From assembly GCA_045537045.1 (NCBI GenBank), contig JAZSOS010000023.1:21175-85174 (forward strand): a stretch of 64,000 nt of DNA, given 5' to 3'. Origin of the DNA: Eubacteriales bacterium. Lineage in GTDB: Bacteria > Bacillota > Clostridia > Oscillospirales > JAAYXM01. A model generated the notes under the pieces. The model did no database searches. It was not told where the DNA came from and was given only the letters and a program-made list of their open reading frames with translations. Below, in pieces: positions 18,374 through 28,480 of this stretch (position 1 is the stretch's first letter; each line of letters starts with the position of its first letter). The translations under genes and the position numbers were made by a program.

Positions 18374-20011
18374 TCAGCCTGTAATCTGAGCCTCGACAAG
18401 ACGACCTTTGCAGTACTTTTCACGCAGTACCGGCTTTTCAATTTTTCCGGTAGGATTGCGCGGAATCTTATCGAAGAAGATTTTACGCGGGCGCTTGTAT
18501 CTCGGAAGCTGTTCGCAGAAGGAGTTTATCTCATCCTCCGTGCAGGACATTTCTTCTTTAATCTCAATTATCGCTGCACAAATCTCGCCGAGACGTGCAT
18601 CCGGAAGGCCGATGACAGCAACATCTTTTATCTTTTCGTTTGAACGGAGAAAATCTTCAATCTGAACCGGATAAAGGTTTTCGCCACCGGAAATGACAAC
18701 GTCTTTTTTGCGGTCAACGAGATAGATAAATCCATCTTCATCCTCACGCGCCATATCACCCGTATAAAGCCAGCCGTTCTTTAAGACTTCGTTTGTTGCT
18801 TCTTCGTTTTTGTAATAGCAAAGCATTACGCCATCACCGCGGACGATAAGCTCACCAACGTCGCCACGGGATACGGCATTCCCTTTTTCATCAACGATTT
18901 TTGCTTCCCAATTATATCCGGGCTTGCCGATTGCGCCGACCTTATGTACGTTTTCAACACCGAGGTGAACACAACCGGGGCCGATAGACTCTGAAAGACC
19001 GTAGTTCGTGTCATACTGATGATGTGGGAATACCTCAAGCCAACGCTTTATAAGACTCGGCGGAACAGGCTGGGCACCGATATGCATAAGACGCCACTGT
19101 GAAAGGTGATATTTGGAAACATCCACCCTTCCGGATTCTATTGCATCAAGAAGATCCTGCGCCCACGGAACTAAAAGCCATACGATAGTACATTTTTCTT
19201 CCGTGACAGCGCGGAGAATCCACTCCGGCTTCACGCCGCGCAATAAAACGGCACGGCTTCCCGAAAGAAGAGAGCCGAACCAGTGCATCTTTGCACCGGT
19301 ATGGTAAAGCGGAGGTATGCAGAGGAACACATCGTCACGCGTCTGGCTGTGATGATTCTGCTCCGTGATACACGCGCAGACAAGTGAGCGGTGGTCATGG
19401 AGAATCGCCTTCGGGAATCCGGTTGTACCGGATGAGAAGTAAATTGCCGCGTAGTCATCCTCGCACAGTGCAACGGGAGGTGCGCTTGATGAGCAGAAAT
19501 TCATAAGTGACAAACAGTTTTCCGAATATTCGGGTCCATTATCGCCTACAAAAAACAGTGTATGTACACGCGCAAGGTCATCAGCAATAACATCCATGCG
19601 GCTTATAAACTCAGGGCCAAACGCAAGAACCTCAACATCTGCAAGGTCAAGGCAGTATTTTATTTCATCGCTTGAATAACGGAAGTTCATTGGCACAGCA
19701 ATACATCCGGCTTTTAGAATACCGAAGTAAATCGGAAGCCACTCTATACAGTTCATCAGAAGGATGCCGACCTTTGCACCGCGCGCAATTCCGCGGCTTA
19801 AAAGAAGATTTGCAAAGCGGTTAGCACGCCTGTCAAAATCCTTCCATGTTATTTCGCGGCGGTACGGAGCATCTACCCCAGCACTTTCGATGAGATTAAA
19901 ATCCCACCACGTTGTAACCTTGTCGCGTTCTTCCGAGGGGTTAAGCTCAACAAGACTTGTTTCCGCACCGTAAAGGCGCGCATTTCTTTCAAGAAAATCA
20001 GTAATAACCAT
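18374..20011 (-). CDS. AMP-dependent acyl-CoA synthetase/ligase (class I adenylate-forming enzyme)
   Basis: AMP-binding signature YFSSGTTGFPKA, plus YGLSE, GDMA..DEDGF.Y..DRKKD, GKIEK. Start at Met 20011 (MVITDFLERN) behind GGGAGA. Confidence 0.88.
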   Translation of the reverse strand: MVITDFLERNARLYGAETSLVELNPSEERDKVTTWWDFNLIESAGVDAPYRREITWKDFDRRANRFANLLLSRGIARGAKVGILLMNCIEWLPIYFGILKAGCIAVPMNFRYSSDEIKYCLDLADVEVLAFGPEFISRMDVIADDLARVHTLFFVGDNGPEYSENCLSLMNFCSSSAPPVALCEDDYAAIYFSSGTTGFPKAILHDHRSLVCACITEQNHHSQTRDDVFLCIPPLYHTGAKMHWFGSLLSGSRAVLLRGVKPEWILRAVTEEKCTIVWLLVPWAQDLLDAIESGRVDVSKYHLSQWRLMHIGAQPVPPSLIKRWLEVFPHHQYDTNYGLSESIGPGCVHLGVENVHKVGAIGKPGYNWEAKIVDEKGNAVSRGDVGELIVRGDGVMLCYYKNEEATNEVLKNGWLYTGDMAREDEDGFIYLVDRKKDVVISGGENLYPVQIEDFLRSNEKIKDVAVIGLPDARLGEICAAIIEIKEEMSCTEDEINSFCEQLPRYKRPRKIFFDKIPRNPTGKIEKPVLREKYCKGRLVEAQITG

Positions 20012-20040
20012 TTTAATTCTCCCTTTTTTGATTCTCGGCA

Positions 20041-20077
20041 AAAAACAGAAACGTCCTCTGCCGCAAAGCAGAGGACG
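20041..20077 (-). terminator. T-box terminator hairpin
   Basis: 10-bp stem CGUCCUCUGC/GCAGAGGACG (20077-20068 / 20061-20052), followed by UUUCUGUUUUU, 30 nt before the ligase ATG. Confidence 0.85.
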
Positions 20078-20290
20078 ATTTAAAATCGTGGTACCACCTC
20101 AGTTTACCGCGCAAAAGCGCGGCCTCATTGGTCAAGCTGTGTCGGGCAAACCCGTCTTTGCCTACTGAAAGGACTTGTTCGGCAAAGCCGCTCCGAAAGG
20201 TAATTCCGCACACACGCACCACTGCCTCACAGCAACCGACAGCTCTCTGAAGATAACATTGTACACGTACTGGTTTTCATCATCGCGTTA
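20041..20290 (-). promoter_or_regulatory. T-box leader (tRNA-sensing transcription attenuator)
   Basis: Minus strand: stem I base with K-turn (CGC-GAUGA...GA-GCG), S-turn AGUA (20271-20268), AGAGAG bulge (20248-20243), specifier loop GAAUUACC (20206-19199 region: 20206-20199). T-box sequence AACUGAGGUGGUACCACG (about 20103-20087) can pair GAGG with CCUC of the terminator. The terminator stem follows. A possible extended -10 TGtTAAAAT lies at 20322-20314. Confidence 0.88.
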
Positions 20291-20351
20291 TTATAATAAA
20301 TATATGATGATTTATTTTAACATTTTTGTGCCGACAAGTCAATGGTAAATT

Positions 20352-22220
20352 TCAATTTTCCGACGAATTTTCCCACAAAATGCAGGATGATTTACTTCCG
20401 AGGAGTAACTTTCCAAAAGACAGCGAACATTCACCACATGCAAGCGCAATTTCCGCGTTATCCCGAACCTTAAACAATTTACGTTTATGTCCACGGTTTA
20501 TAAATGCCTTGACTTTGCCTCTGGACACAACAAGAAAGTCCCCCTCGGCGTATTCCACACGGAAGGGCGCTGTGGTCATACATTTATTGCCTGTTTTTAT
20601 TCTTCCCAAGCTTCGGTAAAACTCAAGCAAATCTTCATCGACATTATCCCATGTGTAAAACCTTCTGTTAAATGGATCTTCAAAGCCCTGCATTCCTATT
20701 TCATCGCCGTAATATATGCAGGGAGAGCCCGGAAACATATACTGCAGGATAGCCGCCTGACGCAGACGTTCGCGACCTGCCTTCAGTTCTTTTTTATCAA
20801 GTTCCCGCGTTGCACGAAACTCCTTCGGTTCATGGCAAAGATTTCCCACGGAAAGCTCGTTTACGGCGCGCACTGTATCATGTGTGCCTATAATGTTCAT
20901 AAGACATCGCTGAGAAATCGCGGGGTAATTTTCAATGATGGACATAAGCGAATACTTCGCCTGAACAGCCGATATTCTTCCGCACAAAAAGTCAAGTATA
21001 CTGTTTTTGAGCGGATAGTTCATAACTCCGTCAAGCACACCGTCTGTAAAGTATCTTTTATTTACATCGTACGCTTTTTTTGTAGACGCATCTTCCCAGA
21101 CCTCACCTATGACAAGTGCTTCTTTATTCTCTTTTCGTGCTCTTGTTTTAAGCTGTTCAATAAAGTCATCAGGAAGCTCATCGGCAACGTCAAGTCTCCA
21201 TCCTGAAACACCTGCACGCATCCAATGTGCAATAACGCTGTCTTCACTGTTGATGATGTAGTCGGTATAATCACGGTTAAGTTCATTTACCTGAGGCAGA
21301 GTGTCAATTCCCCACCATGACGAGTAATTCCCATTTCCATCAATATCGAACCAGTTACGGAACGGAGAGCTTTTGTCATTCCACGCACCGGTATTTTCTC
21401 CGTATCTTCCCTCTTTGTTGAAATAGATGCTGTCTGAACCGGTATGGCTGAAAACTCCGTCCAGAATAACGCGCATTCCGTATTTCTTTGCTTCCCTGCA
21501 CAGTTCCGAAAGAATTTTCTCATCTCCGAAGTGAGGGTCAACCTTTTTATAATCAGCAGTATTGTATTTGTGATTTGACCACGCTTCAAATATCGGGCTT
21601 AAGTATATTGTTTTTACGCCAAGACTATCAAGATAAGGCAGTTTTTCAATAACACCTTCAAGGTTTCCGCCGTATATATCTCTGTTTTCTACAACACCTT
21701 GGCTGTTCGGTTTAAAATACGGCACTTCATTTTTATCCTTATGTACCGCGAAAAATGCATCGTCAGACAACTCCGGAGAGGTTGACGCACGATAAAACCG
21801 GTCAACAAACACGTGATAGGTTACACCCTCCGAAAACCACGAAGGCGTGGTATATTCCCGTGACGCAACCGTAAGCTGGAAACTTAATATGTTATTTTCG
21901 TTATCTACAATGCCATTTTTCCCGAAAAAAAGAGACTTACCATCGACTGTGTTGAGCACAAACCAATACCAGAATATCCCGGCTTTTTCAAATCCGGTCA
22001 ATGTGATACCGTATATATCATAAATGCCTTCCCTGCTTTGCCAAGGCATTTCGTATTCTTCTCTTTTTTTATCATATTCCGAAAATCTAACAAGCTTTAC
22101 AGATGTAATTTCCATGCAAAGCGCAGATGCGGAGAGCATCACGCACTCTCCGCACTTTATCGCTCCAAAAGGATTTTTATATTTTTCTGACTGAGAATCA
22201 AAGATAAATAGTTTTTCCAT
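20352..22220 (-). CDS. glycoside hydrolase family 13 enzyme (neopullulanase/maltogenic amylase-like)
   Basis: 622 aa. GH13 conserved regions DGVFSH, GWRLDVADE, GEVWE, GTHDT. Confidence 0.88.
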   Translation of the reverse strand: MEKLFIFDSQSEKYKNPFGAIKCGECVMLSASALCMEITSVKLVRFSEYDKKREEYEMPWQSREGIYDIYGITLTGFEKAGIFWYWFVLNTVDGKSLFFGKNGIVDNENNILSFQLTVASREYTTPSWFSEGVTYHVFVDRFYRASTSPELSDDAFFAVHKDKNEVPYFKPNSQGVVENRDIYGGNLEGVIEKLPYLDSLGVKTIYLSPIFEAWSNHKYNTADYKKVDPHFGDEKILSELCREAKKYGMRVILDGVFSHTGSDSIYFNKEGRYGENTGAWNDKSSPFRNWFDIDGNGNYSSWWGIDTLPQVNELNRDYTDYIINSEDSVIAHWMRAGVSGWRLDVADELPDDFIEQLKTRARKENKEALVIGEVWEDASTKKAYDVNKRYFTDGVLDGVMNYPLKNSILDFLCGRISAVQAKYSLMSIIENYPAISQRCLMNIIGTHDTVRAVNELSVGNLCHEPKEFRATRELDKKELKAGRERLRQAAILQYMFPGSPCIYYGDEIGMQGFEDPFNRRFYTWDNVDEDLLEFYRSLGRIKTGNKCMTTAPFRVEYAEGDFLVVSRGKVKAFINRGHKRKLFKVRDNAEIALACGECSLSFGKLLLGSKSSCILWENSSEN

Positions 22221-22232
22221 ATCTACCCCGGC

Positions 22233-24656
22233 TTATTCGCTTATCTTCTTCAAATTCCAGATATTATTCGCATATTCAGTTATGCTGCGGTCTGCAGCAA
22301 AGCGTCCGGCATTAGCAATGTTGATAAGCGATTTTCTGTTAAACAGCTCCTTATCTCTGTACTCGCGGTAAATTTTGTCATGCGCTTCGCAATAAGACGC
22401 AAAATCCGCAAGAAGCATATACTGATCATGGAAAAGGAGAGAATTTACAATATCGGGATATGAATTTCGCAGCACGCCGACACCTATACCGTCACGGATA
22501 TGGTCAAGAACTCTGCGGAGTTTTGGATCATTATGATAGTAATCTATCGGTGAATACGTTCCGGAGGCTGCCAGAGCCGCCACTTCGTGCGCTTTCATAC
22601 CGAATATATAGATATTCTCCTCACCAACCGCTTCGCATATCTCGACGTTTGCACCGTCAAGCGTACCGATAGTGAGCGCGCCGTTGAGCATAAACTTCAT
22701 ATTTCCCGTTCCTGAGGCTTCTTTACCGGCAATTGATATTTGCTCAGAAATTTCCGCCGCAGGAATCATAAGTTCTGCTATTGAAACATTATAATCCTCA
22801 ACAAACACTACTTTAAGCTTATCCGCCACCCTCTTATCAGAGTTTATCTCAGATGCAACGGAGTTGATTAACCTGATTATATTCTTTGCCATAGCGTATC
22901 CCGCCGCTGATTTCGCACCAAAGAAATATGTTTTCGGTTTAAAATCCATTCCGGGATTGTCAAGTAGCATATGGTATTCATAAAGAATATGCAGAACATT
23001 GAGAAGCTGACGCTTATACTCATGCAGTCTTTTCGACTGAACGTCGAAAATCGAGTCCGGATTTATATTCGTATCAAAGGACATTGCATTTACAAATCTT
23101 ACTTTGTTGTTATGCTTTATCTCGGAAAGCCGCTCCAGAACAGACTTATCATCAGAATACTTTTCAAGCTTTTTAAGAGCCGATGCATCGTAGCGGAAAT
23201 CATTTCCGATAAGCTCGGAAATAAGCGAGGTAAGCTCAGGATTTGCCTGACAGAGCCATCTTCTGTGAGCTATACCGTTGGTTACGTTAGTGAATTTCCC
23301 CGGGAACATATAGTTGTAATCCGAGAAAACAGTTTCCTTTAAAATGTTGCTGTGAAGCGCAGAAACACCGTTTACGGAAAAACATGTTGCTATACAGAGA
23401 TTTGCCATGCGGATTTCGCCGTTTGCAATGATTGCAAGCTTTCCTATCTTCTCTCTGTCTTCAGGGAAGGCGTTCCATAAATCATCACAGAACCTTCTGT
23501 TGATTTCTTCCACAATCATATAAATTCGCGGAAGAAGATGCCTGAACATCGAAATTGTCCAACGTTCCAGTGCTTCTGCCATTATCGTATGGTTTGTATA
23601 CGCCATACATTTTGATACGATCTCCCAGCTTTCATCCCAGCTGTATTCCTCTTCATCAATAAGAATACGCATAAGCTCTGGAATGGCAAGTGTCGGGTGC
23701 GTATCATTGATGTGAATGATAGCCTTATCTGCAAAATTGCGGAGTGTTCCGTATTTTGCCTTATGCTTTTTCACAATGCTTGAAATGGTTGCAGATACAA
23801 AGAAATACTGTTGCTTGAGTCGCAGCGACTTTCCTTCCTCGTGGTTGTCCTCAGGATACAGAATTTTGGAGATGACCTCACTCATCGCCTTCTGCTCCAT
23901 AGATTTTGCATACTCACCCTTTGAGAAAAGGTGCATATCAATACTTTTCGTAGACTTTGCACTCCACAAACGTAATGTGTTGACATTTTTTCCGGGATAT
24001 CCGGATATCAGCATATCGTTCGGCACAGCAAGCACGGTGTAATAATCGTGATGAGAGAATTTAAGCTTGCCGTCTTCCATATAGCTGTCAACCTTGCCGC
24101 CGAACCTTACCTCCTGAGTTTCCTCAATTCTCGGCACAGTCCATACACTTCCGGTTTCAAGCCAGTTATCAGGAAGCTCTACCTGCATTCCGTCGATGAT
24201 TTTCTGCTTGAATATTCCGTATTCATACAGTATGGAAAAGCCCATTCCCGGATAGTCCATAGCTGTGAGCGAATCCATATAGCACGCTGCAAGACGGCCG
24301 AGGCCACCGTTACCGAGGCCTGCATCGCGCTCTACCCCGAACAGCTCATCAAGCGACAAACCTAAGGTTTCAAACGTATTTGCAAACACCTCAGAAAGTC
24401 CGAGATTGTTAATATTGTTGTGCAGAGACTTGCCGATAAGAAACTCCATTGACAGATAATAAACCTGCCGGAGTTCTTTCTTTTCTATTTCATCCTGCGC
24501 ACGAGCCCAGTTTTCCATCAACACATCACGAATGATAAATGAGCAAGCGGAATATAATTCTTCATAACTTGCCTCATTTATTTCTTTTCCAAAATGTCTT
24601 GAAAGCTTACCGGCAATAAGCTCCTTTAATTTTTTTTCATTCAAGTGTATCCCCAT
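22233..24656 (-). CDS. glgP: glycogen/maltodextrin phosphorylase
   Basis: 807 aa. GT35 family, PLP-site block EASGTGNMKFMLNGALTIGTLDGANVE. Confidence 0.95.
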   Translation of the reverse strand: MGIHLNEKKLKELIAGKLSRHFGKEINEASYEELYSACSFIIRDVLMENWARAQDEIEKKELRQVYYLSMEFLIGKSLHNNINNLGLSEVFANTFETLGLSLDELFGVERDAGLGNGGLGRLAACYMDSLTAMDYPGMGFSILYEYGIFKQKIIDGMQVELPDNWLETGSVWTVPRIEETQEVRFGGKVDSYMEDGKLKFSHHDYYTVLAVPNDMLISGYPGKNVNTLRLWSAKSTKSIDMHLFSKGEYAKSMEQKAMSEVISKILYPEDNHEEGKSLRLKQQYFFVSATISSIVKKHKAKYGTLRNFADKAIIHINDTHPTLAIPELMRILIDEEEYSWDESWEIVSKCMAYTNHTIMAEALERWTISMFRHLLPRIYMIVEEINRRFCDDLWNAFPEDREKIGKLAIIANGEIRMANLCIATCFSVNGVSALHSNILKETVFSDYNYMFPGKFTNVTNGIAHRRWLCQANPELTSLISELIGNDFRYDASALKKLEKYSDDKSVLERLSEIKHNNKVRFVNAMSFDTNINPDSIFDVQSKRLHEYKRQLLNVLHILYEYHMLLDNPGMDFKPKTYFFGAKSAAGYAMAKNIIRLINSVASEINSDKRVADKLKVVFVEDYNVSIAELMIPAAEISEQISIAGKEASGTGNMKFMLNGALTIGTLDGANVEICEAVGEENIYIFGMKAHEVAALAASGTYSPIDYYHNDPKLRRVLDHIRDGIGVGVLRNSYPDIVNSLLFHDQYMLLADFASYCEAHDKIYREYRDKELFNRKSLINIANAGRFAADRSITEYANNIWNLKKISE

Positions 24657-24680
24657 TAAATGTACCTCTTCGTTATAAGA

Positions 24681-26126
24681 TTATTCGCAAATCAGAGCGT
24701 CATACAGCTTATTGTATTCTTTAGCTGGTTTTTTCCATGAAAAATCGACGCTCATCCCATTCTCAATAAGCTTTGCCCATTTTTCCTTATTGCGGTAGCA
24801 ATCGCATGCCGCGCGTATTACGCCGAGCATCTCATGTGCATTATATTCAGAAAAGACAAAGCCGTTTCCTTCTCCTCTTTCAGCGTCATACTGCGAAATG
24901 CTGTCCCCAAGTCCGCCGGTTTTTCGCACAATCGGAATTGTTCCGTAGCGGAGCGCGATCATCTGAGCAAGACCGCACGGCTCGCTTTTTGACGGCATAA
25001 GGAACATATCAGAGCCGGCATATATTTTCTGCGCAAGCTCACTGTTAAAGGCGATATTTACCGACAACTTAAACGGATACTGCCACTGCTTATCACGCAG
25101 GAACTGTTCATATTTCCAGTCCCCTGTTCCTACAATGACCATCTGGACATCATCCTCAAGAAGCTCATCAATAACGCATGAAACCAAATCAAGACCTTTA
25201 TGTGAAACAAGGCGCGTTACCATACCGATAACGGGAATATCTCCGTTTTTCGGCAAATTCACAAGTGACTGAAGCTCTTCTTTATTCTGAGCTTTTCCTG
25301 TCATATCCTTTTTCGAGTAGTTAAAGAAAATCCTCTTATCCTTTGCCGGGTCATAAAGCTTCTGGTCGATGCCGTTAATTATTCCGCAAAGCTTGCCTTC
25401 CTCATAACGCAAAATTTCATGAAGGCCATGGGCATACTCCGGAGTTTTTATCTCTTCGGCATATGACGGACTTACGGTAGTTACGCGGTCGGAACAGGTA
25501 ATGGCTGCCTTCATCAGATTAACAGCGCCGCCAAATTCAAGGAAGCCGTTATTAAACTCTTCTATCGGCAAACCAAGAACGTTTTCCACAATTTCTCTGT
25601 CGAAAATGCCCTGATATTCTATATTATGAATCGTGAATACAGTTTTGATACGCTCATACCCCGGACGCATATAGTATTTAAGCTTATAATAAATCGGCAC
25701 AAGCGCGGTCTGCCAGTCGTGAGAATGAATGACATCCGGATAATAATCAATATAGGGCAGAATTTCAAGAACCGCCGTGGAGAAAAACGCGAAGCGCTCT
25801 GCATCATCATAGCATCCGTACAGCGCACCACCACGCTTAAAGTAGTATTCATTATCTATAAAATACCACGTTACGCTTTTTTCTTCGTACTTAAAAATAC
25901 CGCAATACTGACTTCTCCACGCAAGCGGGATAAATATATTGGTTACCGGAACAAGCTTGCGCCTTACCTTTTCCGGAACTCCCTCGTGAAGAGGAATAAC
26001 AACAGCAACCTCGCAATTTTTGCCGGATATAGCCTTCGGGAGCGAACCGATAACATCGCCCAAGCCTCCGGATTTTATGAACGGTGCAGCCTCGGACGCT
26101 GCAAAAAGTATTTTTTTCTTTTCCAT
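24681..26126 (-). CDS. glgA: glycogen synthase (ADP-glucose type)
   Basis: 481 aa with N-terminal KSGGLGDV motif. GT5 family. Confidence 0.95.
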   Translation of the reverse strand: MEKKKILFAASEAAPFIKSGGLGDVIGSLPKAISGKNCEVAVVIPLHEGVPEKVRRKLVPVTNIFIPLAWRSQYCGIFKYEEKSVTWYFIDNEYYFKRGGALYGCYDDAERFAFFSTAVLEILPYIDYYPDVIHSHDWQTALVPIYYKLKYYMRPGYERIKTVFTIHNIEYQGIFDREIVENVLGLPIEEFNNGFLEFGGAVNLMKAAITCSDRVTTVSPSYAEEIKTPEYAHGLHEILRYEEGKLCGIINGIDQKLYDPAKDKRIFFNYSKKDMTGKAQNKEELQSLVNLPKNGDIPVIGMVTRLVSHKGLDLVSCVIDELLEDDVQMVIVGTGDWKYEQFLRDKQWQYPFKLSVNIAFNSELAQKIYAGSDMFLMPSKSEPCGLAQMIALRYGTIPIVRKTGGLGDSISQYDAERGEGNGFVFSEYNAHEMLGVIRAACDCYRNKEKWAKLIENGMSVDFSWKKPAKEYNKLYDALICE

Positions 26127-26141
26127 AATTCCTCCAAAAGT

Positions 26142-27263
26142 TTATAATTTACAGCCCATGGGAAGCACGGTGGGATACATTTCCGCTCCGCGGAGAGAAA
26201 CACCTTTTGATATAACGACCTGCCCGTCGGTGATGCAATACTCAAGCTTTGCATCCTCACCGATATCCGCACCCTGAAGAATGACACAGTTTTTAACAGA
26301 AGCACCTTTGCCGACACGGACGTTTCGTGAAATAATTGAGTTTTCGACAGTGCCCTCAATCACACAGCCATCGGCAAGCATGCTGTTCTTTACAACCGCT
26401 TCTTCACCGAACATTGACGGAACTTCATCAAATATATGTGTTGCAATCTCGCCACCGCTAAAGAGCTCGTCTCTTGTTTTTTCATTGAGCAAATCAAGAT
26501 TTACCTTGAAATACGATTCAACGGAATCTATTTTCTCGGCGTAACCCTTATACTCGCACGCATAGATGTCAAGTGACTGCGCCATATCCTGAATGATGTC
26601 GCGCTCAAAATCATACTTGTTATGCGCAACACATTGGCAGATCAAAAACTCCAGCAAACCACGCTCAATGATATACGTTCCGAGAAGCATATTGCTGTGG
26701 AGCTGTATATCCTGATTTATTGTTATATCCTTAATTCTACCGTCCTTGTCAACATCAATAAAAGCATTGTTTTTAAACTTTGACGGTTCATATACCTCTG
26801 CTTTATACAGTGCTGTCATGTACGCCTGCTTCTCGATATGCGTTTGGAGAAGCTCGGTGTAATCTATATTTGCGATAAGATTTCCGTCTGAGAGCAGGAT
26901 GTATTTACAGTCGCAATTTCTGATATAATCAATAATTCCCATAAGAACAGATATCTTTCCGTTTCTTTCAGAAAACATATCGCGGCTTCCGATAGACGGC
27001 GGTAAGATTGAAAGTCCACCTTTTTTACGGTTCAAATCCCATTCCTTACCAGTACCGAGATGGCTCATAAGCGAATAATAATCGCTTTTGGTAACAACAC
27101 CCACGTTTTTAATTCCGGAATTAACCATACTTGAAAGTGTGAAATCTATCATACGGTATCTTCCGCCAAAAGGCACGGAGGCTGCTGTTCTGTTTTCCGT
27201 AAGTTCGCGCATCGCATCAACCTTGTCGTGCGCAAAAATTATCCCCAAAGTATCTCTTATCAT
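26142..27263 (-). CDS. glgD: glucose-1-phosphate adenylyltransferase, GlgD subunit
   Basis: 373 aa. GlgC paralogue lacking the GGxGxRL motif. Its start overlaps the glgC stop by 4 nt, as in Firmicute glgCD pairs. Confidence 0.88.
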   Translation of the reverse strand: MIRDTLGIIFAHDKVDAMRELTENRTAASVPFGGRYRMIDFTLSSMVNSGIKNVGVVTKSDYYSLMSHLGTGKEWDLNRKKGGLSILPPSIGSRDMFSERNGKISVLMGIIDYIRNCDCKYILLSDGNLIANIDYTELLQTHIEKQAYMTALYKAEVYEPSKFKNNAFIDVDKDGRIKDITINQDIQLHSNMLLGTYIIERGLLEFLICQCVAHNKYDFERDIIQDMAQSLDIYACEYKGYAEKIDSVESYFKVNLDLLNEKTRDELFSGGEIATHIFDEVPSMFGEEAVVKNSMLADGCVIEGTVENSIISRNVRVGKGASVKNCVILQGADIGEDAKLEYCITDGQVVISKGVSLRGAEMYPTVLPMGCKL

Positions 27264-28474
27264 AACGCCACCTCCGCATCGGGAATGTCTTCTTCCACTA
27301 TGGTGCCGGGTTCTATCCGGGCATTACTGCCTACCGTAAGCGAATTTCCAACAACAGTTATTTTTTTGCGTTCACCCTCTGCCGGAGCTGCGCCTATTCT
27401 GGCGCCCGCTCTGACAGTAACATTCTCCGCTATAATTGAATACTCAATAACTGCGCCGTCCTCAATTACGCTTCCGGGCATTATAATTGAGTTGTTTACA
27501 ACGGCGTCTTTACCTATCTTTACGTCATAAAAAATTATGGAGTGGTCAACCGTTCCGCAGGTATAACAGCCTTCGGCGATCATGGACTTTTTTACAACGG
27601 CATCCGTTGAAATGAACTGAGCCGGCTTTACGGGGTTCCTTGCATAAATTCTCCAGCCTTTATCGTGGAGAACAAGTCCACTTCCAGGAGTTATAGCGTC
27701 CATATTCGACTCCCACAAGCTGTCTATCGTTCCGACATCCTTCCAATAGCCTTTATACTCATACGCAAAAAGCTTTTTACCGTCTCCAAGCATCTTGGGG
27801 ATAATGTTTTTACCGAAATCGTTCTGGCTTTCGGGATTGTTTTCATCCTCTATAAGATATTTTTCCAGAACCTCCCATGTGAAAATATACACACCCATAG
27901 ACGCTTTGGTGCTTTTTGGTTTTTTGGGTTTTTCCTCAAACTCATAGATGGAATTGTCATCACGAAGATTCATTATTCCAAAGCGCGAAGCTTCCTCAAT
28001 CGGCACATCAATTACCGCTATTGTACAATCCGCCTTCGCTTTTTTGTGTTCACGGAGCATCCAGTCGTAATTCATTTTATAAACGTGGTCTCCTGAAAGA
28101 ACAAGAACATACTTAGGGTTAAAGTTTCTTATAAAGTTTATGTTCTGGTAAATCGCGTTTGCTGTTCCCTTGTACCATGCTCCGCTTGTGCTTGTCATAT
28201 ACGGAGGCAGAATTGCAACACCGCCGTTGGAGCGGTCGAGATCCCATGGCTGGCCGTTTCCGATATATGTGTTGAGTTCAAGCGGCTGATACTGAGTAAG
28301 TACGCCTACCGTATCAATACCCGAGTTGATACAGTTAGACAGCGGAAAGTCTATAATCCTGTACTTTCCGCCAAACGGAACTGCCGGCTTTGCCACGTTT
28401 TTCGTAAGTACGTGAAGTCTGCTTCCCTGCCCGCCGGCAAGAAGCATTGCGATACATTCCTTGGATTTTAACAT
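27260..28474 (-). CDS. glgC: glucose-1-phosphate adenylyltransferase
   Basis: [10 protein letters not shown] nucleotide-binding motif and left-handed beta-helix C-terminus. ATG 28474 behind AAGGGA is preferred over GTG 28480. Confidence 0.93.
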   Translation of the reverse strand: MLKSKECIAMLLAGGQGSRLHVLTKNVAKPAVPFGGKYRIIDFPLSNCINSGIDTVGVLTQYQPLELNTYIGNGQPWDLDRSNGGVAILPPYMTSTSGAWYKGTANAIYQNINFIRNFNPKYVLVLSGDHVYKMNYDWMLREHKKAKADCTIAVIDVPIEEASRFGIMNLRDDNSIYEFEEKPKKPKSTKASMGVYIFTWEVLEKYLIEDENNPESQNDFGKNIIPKMLGDGKKLFAYEYKGYWKDVGTIDSLWESNMDAITPGSGLVLHDKGWRIYARNPVKPAQFISTDAVVKKSMIAEGCYTCGTVDHSIIFYDVKIGKDAVVNNSIIMPGSVIEDGAVIEYSIIAENVTVRAGARIGAAPAEGERKKITVVGNSLTVGSNARIEPGTIVEEDIPDAEVAL

Positions 28475-28480
28475 TTTCAC

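Noticed and set aside
20195-20197. Reading the T-box specifier as UUC (Phe), which would fit the phenylacetate theme
   Set aside because: These bases belong to the UUUC strand that pairs with GAAA to form the helix below the specifier loop, so they are not loop nucleotides.
20487-21206. 239-aa plus-strand ORF inside the GH13 gene (similar cases at 43432-44097, 62008-62610 and 60610-61059)
   Set aside because: These are antisense shadow ORFs of clearly homologous minus-strand genes.
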